Of a stretch of 7,523 bases of DNA, positions 7,460 to 7,523 are shown one piece after another. The position numbers and the translations under genes are program-made. Each line of letters begins with the position of its first letter. Positions within the stretch are counted from its first letter, which is position 1. This DNA comes from a virus (taxonomy: Duplodnaviria; Heunggongvirae; Uroviricota; Caudoviricetes), in IMG/VR virus record IMGVR_UViG_2609460344_000014, positions 1 to 7,523 of that record; one strand, 5' to 3'. The notes beneath the pieces were generated by a model, which had not been told where the DNA came from, did not search any database, and saw only the letters and a list, made by a program, of their open reading frames with translations.

Positions 7460-7523
7460 AAATTTGCCATTAACTCTTTGAATATTCAGCACTAATCATC
7501 TATTTCGGTTGCCTTCTTATTCA

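Overview
This 7.5-kb window reads as the late (lysis) region of a lambdoid, Stx-phage-like enterobacterial prophage, transcribed on the + strand and running into chromosomal backbone at its right end. Order: NanS-p-type sialate O-acetylesterase (178-2121); two small ORFs (2270-2452, 2490-2759); S21-type dual-start pinholin (2835-3050); an unexplained inserted gene pair (3054-3134, 3134-3610); SAR endolysin (3647-4180); a hairpin terminator (4270-4308) followed by four tightly packed tiny hydrophobic ORFs (4375-4821); Rz/Rz1 spanins (4823-5290, embedded 5043-5228). Instead of terminase and head genes there follows the 3' remnant of a collagen-like tail-fibre gene (5333-6237; 5'-truncated, frameshifted, nine 45-bp tandem repeats) and a tail-fibre-assembly-like gene (6245-6853), then a hairpin terminator and a minus-strand ykgJ-like cysteine-cluster gene (6998-7327). 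No rRNA, tRNA or CRISPR was seen. All calls come from reading translations and motifs; no database search was run. The best candidates for something undescribed are the uncharacterised cargo inside the lysis cassette (between S and R, and between R and Rz); the deletion scar fusing the lysis cassette to a tail-fibre 3' end is the other notable feature.
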